Positions 53,828-64,000 of a stretch of DNA of 64,000 nucleotides are shown piece by piece. Origin of the DNA: Octopus sinensis (taxonomy: Eukaryota). Below the pieces are notes generated by a model, which saw only the letters and a program-made list of their open reading frames with translations, was not told the origin of the DNA and made no database searches. A program made the translations under genes and the position numbers. The stretch lies in the NCBI RefSeq assembly GCF_006345805.1, contig NC_043010.1, positions 37,138,001 to 37,202,000 on the forward strand. Direction: 5' to 3'. Each line of letters opens with the position of its first letter. Positions within the stretch are counted from its first letter, which is position 1.

Positions 53828-53918
53828 ATATACATATGTATATATATATGTATGCATGTATGTATATATTTTGTGCATGTGTGTGTATATATATATATGT
53901 ATGTATATATTATGTGCA

Positions 53919-53950
<32 letters not shown>

Positions 53951-54489
53951 CACGCATACACACAATACATATACATACATACACAGGCATACAAATGCTT
54001 GTTCAAAATAAATGTACGTTATCTTTATTTTGATCTTCACTGCTTTGTGTGCCTACACAAAACACACACACACACACATACATGTTTAGTGTTTGGTGTT
54101 ATTATCGTAGCTCAGACTTATTAGAGCCTTCCTTTCTTTTCTTTAAATTGTACTGTGTGATCTGAACAAACTTTGGTTGCTATTTGTAAGGGATCGATCT
54201 ATCAAATGCATGGTGCTTTGTTTTTCTCATTGCTATGAGGTCCAAGAGAGAGGGGCAAGTGAAGTCCATATTAGTAGGTCACATCACAACCAGCTACTAC
54301 TGCCATTGCTACTTACTAAATCACTGCATTTATTATTAGCTCCCAGCTAAGGCACAAGGTTAATTAGTGAGAAGGACTACTACAACCCAACCAAATGAGA
54401 CCTGTGTAATTATGTAGAACCCTAATATATTATTGTTTATTTTGCCCGCCTCTTCTTGGGGATGAAATATCTCCTCTGATAGTCTAAAC

Positions 54490-54627
54490 TACTGTTTCTC
54501 AACCTTTTTACCCTTGCGTAACCCTTAAAATAAATACAATGTCTCAAGAAACACCTACACAAACACAATTATACACCATATCTTTCTCATATTTTTTCAT
54601 CATAGTTCACGTGGTAAATATCGTATG

Positions 54628-54688
<61 letters not shown>

Positions 54689-54887
54689 GTTGTTGTATTT
54701 TTTTGATAGCATGGTAGGTTAGATAGGATGATGTCTCTATTACAATATTACAATTAATATGTTGTGCATATATAGTAATATTGCGATCATGAAATTAGCA
54801 TTAGCTTATCTTACTCTTTCTTGTGAAACCCTTAGGAGCCTTTTGGGGAACTTTATGGTTCCAGGGAAACCTGGTTGAGAAACGCTG
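54490..54887. mobile_element. hAT-type MITE
   Basis: TACTGTTTCTCAACC / GGTTGAGAAACGCTG termini; TSD not evident. Confidence 0.65.
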
Positions 54888-55016
54888 AAAGGCATTTAGT
54901 TCAAGTTTATGTCATCTTTATCTAGATCACTTATTTTTTAAACCCTTTTCTTACAAAATTTCTGTTTATATACACTTTATCTCCATTTCAGTTTAAAATA
55001 ATGAAGAATTTAGTAA

Positions 55017-55170
55017 GGCACAGATTTGGCTGTGATAAGAAGTTTGCTTCCCAAACACATGGTTCTGGGTTGAGTCTCACTGCATGGCACCTTGGGAAAG
55101 TGTCTCCTACTATTGCCTCAGGTCAACCAAAGCCTTGTGAATGGATTTGGAAGACAAGCTGAAAGAAGCT

Positions 55171-55210
<40 letters not shown>

Positions 55211-56650
55211 CCAAACTAAGAAAAGAAATCTACTACATATGTGGGAAATTCTGTCTGTGGGTGTGTTTGTGGAGTTGTTAGCTAACTTCTCCTACATTGT
55301 TTTATCGATTTTGATGAAACTTGACATGTGAGTAGAACTCATGTCTGGAAACCTCGTGACATACTTAGATTGTTAAGAAAATTGATAATAGGGCGCCTGG
55401 AAGGGATCTTTATATATATCTAATATATTTTATTTTAAAAGCCAAGGGAAATAACCCATTCGCCCCTGGAACAGATCCTTATATATAGCCAAGGGAAATA
55501 ACCCATTCATTTTCCTAAATTATTTGGTAAAAATGAAATTGAGTATGCTTATTTCTTAGTATTTGAACTGTTAGAGTTATTTTCGCAATTTATCCTGTAC
55601 AACCCTTAAACAAGTAAATAGAATTTTCCTAAACAATAGATCCACTTATTTCGGTTTAGTATCTAATTCACGAATATACCAACACTAGTGCCCCTGAGGG
55701 TAATATTCTCTGGGAATGCACAAAAGTCCTTTTCAGAGTTATTTACTTTGAATCTTTATTATCTCATATCTGATTATCCTGTTATTGCGTAAGATGCTTC
55801 ACGAATTTAGTATACATACTTTACTAGAATTTCATCCTATATCTTATATACTCTGGGAATGCATTAAAGCCCTTTTCGGGGCTACTTTATTTGAATTCTT
55901 ACTATCTGCTAACTAATTTCATGTTATTACATAACTGACTTCACAATTTGGGTATTCATAACTTATTGGGAATTCCTAAAAACAAGATCCTGTGTAAGAC
56001 AGTTTGGTATACTCTGTAAATGCCCAAAAACTGTTTTAAGGGCTACATACTTTGTATTGCTGTTATTAGATTAGCAAAACAATTATGAGAATGGAACCAA
56101 GGGTTAAGCCTCACTTTCCTGGAAATTACCAGGTATGTCAGCTAGTTCCTTCAAAGGGGCGTGTAAAACATCTAATTCACTGGTACATCAGTTGAATACC
56201 ATAGAAACAGGGGTGTAATGCAAATTATGAACAATAAATAAAATAGCGGGATTCGGTTGACAATCTAATAATTTATTTATATTATAATATAACATAATAT
56301 ACTATAAATATAAATTATACTATATTCATAGTGTATTGTTGTAATATAAATAAATTAATAAATTGTCAATCGAATCTCTTTATTTCATTTATTGTTCATA
56401 TATATGTGTGTGTGTGTGTATCTCTGTCTGTGTTTGTCAACTACCACTGCTTGATAACTGATGTTGGTTTGTTTACATCCCTATAACTTAGCAGTTTGGC
56501 AAAAGGAACTGACGGAATAATTACCAGACTTTTAAAAAAAACTGTTTTGAACTTGATTCATTCCACTAAAATAAAAAAATAAAACTCTCTGTGATGGCAC
56601 CCCAACATGGCCGTAATCTAATGACTGAAGTAAGCCAAAGATAAAAGATA
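55017..56650 (+). mobile_element. Family A SINE split by about 1.2 kb of inserted DNA
   Basis: 5' half 55017-55175, 3' half 56405-56650; both inside a piggyBac-like MITE (about 54938-56760). Confidence 0.7.
56226..56400. mobile_element. AT-rich fold-back MITE
   Basis: TATGAACAATAAAT...GGTTGACAAT pairs with ATTGTCAATCG...ATTTATTGTTCATA. Confidence 0.75.
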
Positions 56651-56859
56651 AAAATATCTTTGTCATTATTCAGCCGGTGCTTTGAACAAAAACAAACATG
56701 AAAATTCGATCACTTTAAAACGGGATTTCTTTTGTTTTCTTCTTATCTCTACATTACCAAATATATCCATTTTTGTTTTCAAATACAACAGAGGTGTGGT
56801 AATCTTTCAGTATAGGGTGTTTAAAAAAAATAAATAACGGTTAAAGGGGAAATAATTAG

Positions 56860-57125
56860 GTTCTCATACCTAAATGACAGTATGTACACTCACAAAGTAA
56901 TTGCGCATCAGGGGAACTCTGTTGATCCGACAAATAATGACATTCGTATGCAGAATGTGGAGAATATGCATGCGGATGCAGGTAAAAAGTAAATTACCAC
57001 GTCAATTTGGAACATCAAACAATTTATTCATTTCATATTTACACGAGTTTATATGGAGGAATTCTGTACCAAAGAAAAATACTTTTGTTCTCTTTTTGTT
57101 GGCTATAACCAATGTCTACATTACG
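56860..57125 (+). pseudogene. Merlin / ISXO2-like (IS1595 family) DDE transposase C-terminal fragment
   Basis: YTHKVIAHQGNSVDPTNNDIRMQNVENM, frameshift, MQVKSKLPRQFGTSNNLFISYLHEFIWR resembles the HxxVNH...FVDP...HTQxxExxW...YLxEFxWR signature. Confidence 0.8.
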
Positions 57126-57186
57126 TTTTTGGATTTGGTTTGCAAGATTCTTTATGTGAGTTCGTGTGTTGAAGCGTATTCTGTTA

Positions 57187-57327
57187 TGTCTGGGGAGAGT
57201 CATTTTCTTTTTGTGCCTTATTATTTAACACACTCACCAGTAAAATTTCCACTTATTTCTTGTGGAAATTTTACCGGCGAGTGTGTTAAATTATAAGGCG
57301 CAAAAAGAAAATTACTCTCCCCAGACA
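57187..57327. repeat. Inverted repeat, 66-bp arms with 9-nt spacer
   Basis: TGTCTGGGGAGAGT...AAAATTTCCAC-TTATTTCTT-GTGGAAATTTT...ACTCTCCCCAGACA. Confidence 0.85.
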
Positions 57328-57761
57328 CTGCAGTATGTCTACATTGTTTAACAGTAAATTGATTTATTTATATCTCCTCTTGTTATTTCCCCTTTAATTT
57401 TTATTTACTTTCTTGAACCTTATACTGAAAGATTAGCTGAGGATATGATTTCAGAAAGCTTTGGCTGTTATTTGTAGCAAGATGATTGACCATGTAGCAG
57501 CTCCCCCATTAGCTTACATACAGGAATGGTAGAACAGCAGGGTTAATTGCTTTGCATTATTTCAGTTTCCTCTTTTCATGTCAACCATTCAATCTCCACA
57601 GGGCTCATTTAATTCACTGCACACCTTCCAGAAATCAGTGGTCTTGTGGCTTCTCCAATGAAATTATTACATCGCTACAATTGTTGCTTTCCAGTTCTAT
57701 GCATTGCTTTACCTGGGTGCAGGTGATGGTGTTGTGTAGCCCAAGTCAAGCAGGTATGTGA

Positions 57762-57898
57762 TTAACCTTTAGCATATTACAGGTACATCATGTTGCTTTA
57801 CAAGTTTTCTCCCCTCTCAATGCGACACAGTGTGCCTGCAGCTACAGGGGAGAAATCTCGTACAGTAACATGATGTGCCTAAGCATGCTAAAGGTTAA
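57762..57898. mobile_element. Short piggyBac-like MITE
   Basis: TTAA-CCTTTAGCAT...ATGCTAAAGG-TTAA with internal inverted arms. Confidence 0.8.
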
Positions 57899-58400
57899 AG
57901 ACACTCCAGTTGTGACTATCTCTGTTTTAATATTCAGTGACATGGTATATGTCTGGCTACATTGCTGATATTGTTTAATCCCAGCTTAGCTTGTTCAAGT
58001 AGATATTCGATTGGAGATATTCAAGTCATGGCCATTGTGTCTTTTTATTCAGACACAGTGTATCTTGGAGCATATTATCCAATGTGTCATTTTTTAAAGT
58101 TGGAAGAGTGGGTGGGATTTGAGAGCAATTCTTCATGGGTGGCAGGCAGTCAAAATCAAATCACATAGGGATTCACTTATCAGAGGAGGAGGAGGTAATG
58201 GTACTGTTGTTGTTGTTATTGGTGGTGGGAGTGGAGACTAAATTGATAGTCTTATTGTGGTATTTAGTTATGTCTCTTTAAATTCAGACTGCAATTCTGC
58301 TGAGATCAACTTCGCTTTTCATCATCATCATCATCACAACAACAACAACCAATACCTTCCTTATGACAATGCTCTCTCTCTCACACACACACTCCTACGC

Positions 58401-58445
<45 letters not shown>

Positions 58446-58948
58446 TGCATGCACACAAATACACATATGCCAAATCCACTCACAAGGCTTTTGTTGGCCC
58501 AAGGCTATAGAAGAAGACACTTACCCAAGGCATACATACATGTACATCATCATCATCATCATTTAATGTCCACTTTCCATGCTGGCATGGGTTGGACAGC
58601 TTGACTGAGAACTAGAAGGCTGGATGGCTACACCATGCTCCAATCTGATATACTTGTGTGTATGTGTATACCTTGAGCAAGTGTCTTCTACTGTTGCACT
58701 TAATGTTTGAGGTTCTGATGAAGCTGTAAAGTGTTATTCAAGCACACACCTATGAGTCCACTGCACCTGATAGCAGAAACGGCTGCAAGCTAATAAAGTT
58801 CATAAGATAATCTTTTATTCCTGTGTCATTGCTTTTTCCTACGCACACAAATACCAGTAACCTACTGGTGTCATGTAGCCAACTTTTGTTTTAGAGCCTT
58901 CCCACCCTATGTACTGCACTTGGTTATATTGACAACACTGTCTTCCTT

Positions 58949-58987
<39 letters not shown>

Positions 58988-59196
58988 TTACTACTACTAC
59001 TCCCTCTCCTCCTCACCCAAATTTCTGATCTTATCCCCAATATTTAACAATCATCATCATCATCATCATCATCGTAATTTCTGTACAACATTAAAATTCC
59101 TGATCAATAAATTTCTAAAATGGAAACTGATTCCATTCTCAATTATTCATGAATAGTTAGAAACATTGTTTCCCTTTCTCTTTTGTTTCCTCGGTA

Positions 59197-59278
59197 TTAT
59201 GTAACGGTGGTGGCGATGGCGGTGGGAGCGGCAGCAGCAGCAGCAGGGAAGAACTGGGGATGTAGAGCGGGAGGGAAG
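59197..59278 (-). CDS. Candidate terminal coding exon FPPALHPQFFPAAAAAAPTAIATTVT-stop
   Basis: CTGAC branch-like motif, C/T tract, ctccAG acceptor; CpG-rich segment; A-rich UTR-like sequence after TAA. Confidence 0.35.
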
Positions 59279-59827
59279 CTGGAGGTGGTGGGGTGGGAGT
59301 GAAGTCAGCTTGTGTACAAAACATCTCCAGCGTCACCGCTATCACCACCACTGCCACCACCACCACTGCCACCACCACCACTTCACCCATGGCTTACGCC
59401 CACCCCTACACCCGCAGCACACATCATGCCTTCCAGAATGGTCGGACAGTATCAAATCAGAATTAAGTTAAGCTGCCATCATCATTATCATCATCATCAT
59501 CATCGCCATCACCATCATCGCTGTCATCGTCATCATTGTTGTAGTCATTTTTGTTATCATCAACATCAGCAACAGCAGTAGCGTCATCATCGTCATCATC
59601 ATTATCATCGTTAAGATCATCTGATTAAATATCAGTTTCCCCATGCATGCATACATGCCTGCATGGGTTTTAAGAGGTCTGTTTGGTCCTTCACTGTCGC
59701 CATAGTAACCGAAATAGGAGAGCTAAAGGTGTTGAAGTGACGAAAGCAATATACTGCTGTATCAAACACACACATACACACACACACTAACACACACACA
59801 AAAGTCTGTGTGTGTGTGGGGGGGTAT

Positions 59828-60228
59828 ATTCTTTTATTTGTTTCAGTCATTTGACTGTGGCCATACTGGAGCACCACCTTTAGTCGAGCAAATCGACCCC
59901 AGGACTTATTCTTTGTAAGCCCAGTACTTATTCTATTGGTCTCTTTTGCCAAACCGCTAGGTTACAGGGATGTAAACACACCAGCATCGGTTGTCAAGTG
60001 ATGTTGGGGAGACAAACACAGACACACAAACATATACATATATTATTGTCATTGTCATTTAATGTCTGATGACAGGCTTCTTTTAGTTTCCATCTACCAA
60101 ATCCTCTCACAAGGCTTTGGTCGGCCCGAGGCTATAGTAGAAGACACTTGCCCAAGGTGCCATATAGTGGGACTGAACCTGGAACCATGTGGTTGATAAG
60201 CAAGCTACTTACGACACAGCCACTCCTG
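59828..60228 (-). mobile_element. Family A SINE, full length
   Basis: Reverse complement of 15151-15549. Confidence 0.9.
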
Positions 60229-60357
60229 TATATATTTTCTATCCAAAATTGTTCTGAGTTCCAGCCTTGTTCAAATCAACTTTGTGGTGATTTAAATAGT
60301 TGATTCTCTTATAACTATGCTCTTGCATTCCTTCAAGTGTAACAGAATGAGTGAGAG

Positions 60358-60564
60358 TATGAAGGGGTGCTGAAAAGTTCCTGGCTTTTGGTAAAAGAAA
60401 ATACTGGAGAGTCAGTTACTTATGATTTTATCCAACATATTCCCCACTCAGGTTCACATACTTATGGCAGTGGTCCTTCAGTTTTTATAACTCAGAAAGT
60501 TGGGCCTCCAACCTAGCCTTTCACGATACCCTTAAAACCAGGAACTTTTCAGCACCTTCTTGTA
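60358..60564. mobile_element. Mariner-type MITE with TA ends
   Basis: TA-TGAAGGGGTGCTGAAAAGTTCCTGG...CCAGGAACTTTTCAGCACCTTCTTG-TA. Confidence 0.85.
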
Positions 60565-60569
60565 TATAT

Positions 60570-60925
60570 GAATGTTTATATATATATAATAACAAATGGT
60601 AAAATTAATTAATTAAGAAGTAATCAGTAATTTCACCAAGTAGAATTCGGCATGAAAAAGACCATTTCATGGTAAGCTTAAGTAATACTTTATAATCAGG
60701 GTTCAGCAAAGATTTGCTTCACCACATACCAAAGTTTAGAAATAGCAGTCAAAAAATCTTAGCTATTCCTTCTACTTTAAAAGGGACTCCCTAACCCTAA
60801 CCCTAACCCTGGTTTTTTCTGGGAGTCCCTTTTAAAGTAGAAGGAATAGCTAAGATTTTTTTGACTGCTATTTCTAAACTTCGGTATGTGGTGAAGCAAA
60901 TCTTTGCTGAACCCTGATTATAAAG

Positions 60926-60928
<3 letters not shown>
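60570..60928. repeat. Fold-back element with about 107-bp arms and telomeric repeats at the loop (Penelope-like by inference)
   Basis: Arms 60685-60791 and 60821-60928 differ by one mismatch and one indel; CCCTAACCCTAACCCTAACCCT at 60789-60810. Confidence 0.85.
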
Positions 60929-60956
<28 letters not shown>

Positions 60957-61764
60957 ATGTGTGCTCTTTTATAAACAAATTTTGAAGTGCTGAGTGAGTT
61001 GGTATTTTATAGAAGATAAAAGCAAATAGCTGTGGAAACAGCTGAGATGATCAGGTAAATACCCTTAGAAGATAGATAAAAAAAAAGTGGCCCCAGGAAG
61101 TCACTACAGGGAATTGAACCTTGTACCTCTCATGTTTATATGCACATTACTGGTTTCTGTCACCAGATTGTAGCACCACCTTTTAAAGGCTTTAATTAAT
61201 TGTACTGGCCCCAGTATTTATTTCATTTATCTATGTCTACTCGCTAAATTGCATTTTCAATATAAAGGAATGCAATTCATCACTCCAGTTTAGATCAGTG
61301 AGCATAAACACACAGGAAAACTACATACATACACACTCTTGTATGTGCATGCATGCATGTGCCCTGGGCTGTCACACACACTTTCTGTCTAACAAATCCT
61401 GCCTATAATACAAGCAACAATGGTTTGTTACTTATACGAAAAGGTCAAAAGAGATCCCTCCATTATTCGAAAACCTCACTTGGATATGTGGTCTGTGATA
61501 GAATTGAAAGATGGGTCACGTCATTAGCTGAAACCCTCATGCAATGATGGAAGTGAGAGTCTGAGTCCAATGCTGAGTTAAGACAACATACATCAGTTTC
61601 ATAGTGCTACCACTGTTTGTGTGTGACTGTCTGTGTATATGAAAGAGAGAGAAAAAAGGTGGGGTAAATATTTCCCATCATTCTGTGTAAAACCAAAGTA
61701 TCTTTGACAGATGTGACATGAAACATTTTGAGCCCCTGATACCAATTTCACATGCTGGCACTGT

Positions 61765-62217
61765 TTAACCATTTAGCATTCAGATTACTCTGTCAAAAGT
61801 AAGGCTTATTTATTCACATTATTTTGAATTAACCCTTTAACATTTAAAGCGGCCATATCCGGCCAAAAGTATTCTGCCTGTTTTATGTTCAAACTGGCCA
61901 GATCTGGTCTATCACACCATCCCTACAATATCGTTTTAAAAATTAACAGCTACCTCATCAAAATCTCATAGCTACAAGATAATGCATGATTAGTTCAAAA
62001 CAATGTGGATAAAAAAGGATTAATTTTGGCAGAATAATGCGAACACTAAAGGGTTAATTGTGGATTATCTTGTAGCTTCAAGATTTCAACAATGTATTTG
62101 TTTATTTGTTTTTAGAATGACATTGTCACGTAGATGTAAGTGGCCAGATTTGGCCATTTTGAACATAAAACAGAATATTTGGGCCAGATATGGCCAGCTT
62201 AAATGGTTAAGGGGTAA
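61765..62217. mobile_element. piggyBac-like MITE with an inverted copy of the same family nested at TTAA (61829-62057)
   Basis: Inner TTAA-CCCTTT...AAAGGG-TTAA; outer halves are reverse complements of the inner element and of 29976-30207. Confidence 0.75.
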
Positions 62218-62929
62218 AACTATTGTTAGTTAAACCCAAGTCAAGTTAACTCTGATGGAACAGACATGATCAAACATGTTCCAGCTGTAATAACCAGTCT
62301 TTTTGTTTTAACCAGGACTACATTGTACCAATGCATCTTTCCTATTGTGCTTTTTTTTTTTTTTTGTTATTTATATGATGGGTACAGTGTGATTTGTGAG
62401 AAATTTAGTTATTATTTCCTGCTGGTCAAGCAACTCCATAGAAGCTCAATTCAGGTTGGTTCCCTCTTTGATTCAGGGAGCTGTTATTTGCAGTGTGGTT
62501 AGAGGATATACAATGAACCAATGGGGGAAGTCTTGTTAGACAAAGGGCTCTTGGCTGCAAGCATAAACACAGACCTCGGCTAGCTGTTAATAACCAACCA
62601 GGCCAGAAAATGAACCACTGATCCTACAGTTGGATTGGTTGTTGTCTGATAGATATTCTGTCCACTTAAACCATCCAATACCATTCCCACTTACTACACA
62701 TAAAACAACAACAACAACAACAGTGGTAACAACAACAAGTAAACAGTATGAAAATAATCGATATTTCTCAATTTTATCATACTTTGCAAGAAATGTAGAA
62801 CATTCTACAGAAGAATACTTGGCAGAAGAATCTGTATTTGGCAGTAGGTGGAGGGAGGGAATTGGAGGAGGAGGGTGGAAAGTCCAAGGACATTAATATG
62901 ATTTATGTTTAAGCTCTTCCTTGTAACTC

Positions 62930-64000
62930 CAAATAAATTATTTTTCACTAATTCTTTGTTTTTTTTTTTTATTCTCTTTCGTTTCACGTATTTTTTTTTC
63001 TGGTCGGGGTTTCTTCACCCCCTCCCCCCACCATTCCTGCCACCTCACCCATGTTCTCGATCCCTTTATTAATATTTTATTTGTTGTTGTTGTTGTTGCT
63101 TCTGCTGCTGCTGCTGTTGTTGTGGTTGTTATTTTGTTTATTTTAGGTTTTAATTTTTATTTTATTTATTTTTTTCATCTCAAATATCCTCTGCCCACCA
63201 CTCATGGAAATTTTTTCTTTATTTTTTTCATCTTCTCTTTTCCTTTCCTGCTTTATTTATTTATTTATTCCTGTTGTTTGCGTCATCATTCATTATTTTA
63301 TTTTATTTTATTTTTATTTTATTTTAATTTCTTTTTTCCCCTATCTTTCCCATCCTCTCATGTTTCATCAACACTATCTCCTCATTTCCTCTTTCACCAT
63401 TGTCGTTGTCTTGTCTTCTCTTTACCTTCTTTATTTTTTTTTTTTTCAAAATTTCAAAAATTTTTTTTTCTTTCATCACCCCCATCCATTACCACCACAC
63501 TCCCCTTCATCTCTTTGCCTGTTGTTTCCCTTCCACACCCCCCACCAATCCATCTCTATCAGTGTCTTCTTGCTGTCCTAACCATTGTCAGTCATCTCAT
63601 TCCGTCCTTCTTATTACCTCACCTTTTTTTTTTTTCCCTTCGTTAGAGCCGTTCATTCTCATTTAAACCATTCCATCATCTCTTTTTCACTTTGTTATTT
63701 CAATCTCATCTGTTTTCCTTTTCTCCCCCCTCTCCCCATCATCATCTCTTTCCATTTTCTTTTCATCTATGTCTTGTCTTTTTTCTCTCTCTCTCTTTCT
63801 CTCGTTTCATCTACATTATCGTTATTCTTGTTTTTCTTTTGCTTATTTTTCCTAAATTTATGTTACTAGTACAGTTTATCTTTTTTTGTTTTTCATCTCT
63901 ATTAATCTTTTCCATTTTATTTATTTATTTCTCTTTTATTATCATATTCTGTCTTTTTATGTCATCTTGTTTCACCTAGCTTGCAATCTCATTTCACCCT
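62930..64000. other. Strongly strand-asymmetric T/C-rich low-complexity tract
   Basis: Over 1 kb of T-rich plus strand with almost no G; no interspersed repeat. Confidence 0.8.

Noticed and set aside
57600-57753. Plus-strand open frame between CAG and CAG|GTATGT
   Set aside because: The peptide is unrecognisable and the site lies between transposon relics; no independent support.
60789-60810. Chromosome end or fusion site
   Set aside because: Only about 3.5 repeats, inside a small palindrome with ordinary flanks.
63122-63979. Phe/Leu-rich ORFs resembling membrane proteins
   Set aside because: Artefact of T-rich composition, which lacks stop codons.

Overview
AT-rich, microsatellite-dense animal genomic DNA. 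From recall, the repeat families match those of coleoid cephalopods (Octopus-like); this is not a database result. No complete protein-coding gene is recognisable and nearly all listed ORFs are microsatellite, low-complexity or antisense-transposon artefacts. The window looks like a large intron or extended 3' region. It holds many tRNA-headed SINEs (families called A and B here), RTE-tail repeats, decayed RTE LINE ends, a mariner transposase end, a Merlin (IS1595-like) transposase fragment, and hAT, piggyBac-like, mariner and Helentron-like non-autonomous elements. A few short candidate exons exist, mostly on the minus strand, none assignable to a named gene. Most unusual: (1) two related fold-back elements, one with TTAGGG repeats in its loop (60.6-60.9 kb, 12.8-13.1 kb), probably Penelope-like; (2) a minimal hammerhead-like motif with a compensatory G3:C8 core swap (37.8 kb) and two decayed hammerhead relics; (3) a Merlin fragment ending in a 141-bp hairpin; (4) repeated use of (TA)n/(TAA)n runs as insertion sites; (5) three minus-strand pyrimidine-tract YAG|GTAAG sites that could be microexon ends or recursive splice points. 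I cannot establish a new biological system from sequence alone. Coordinates were counted by eye; repeat edges are approximate.
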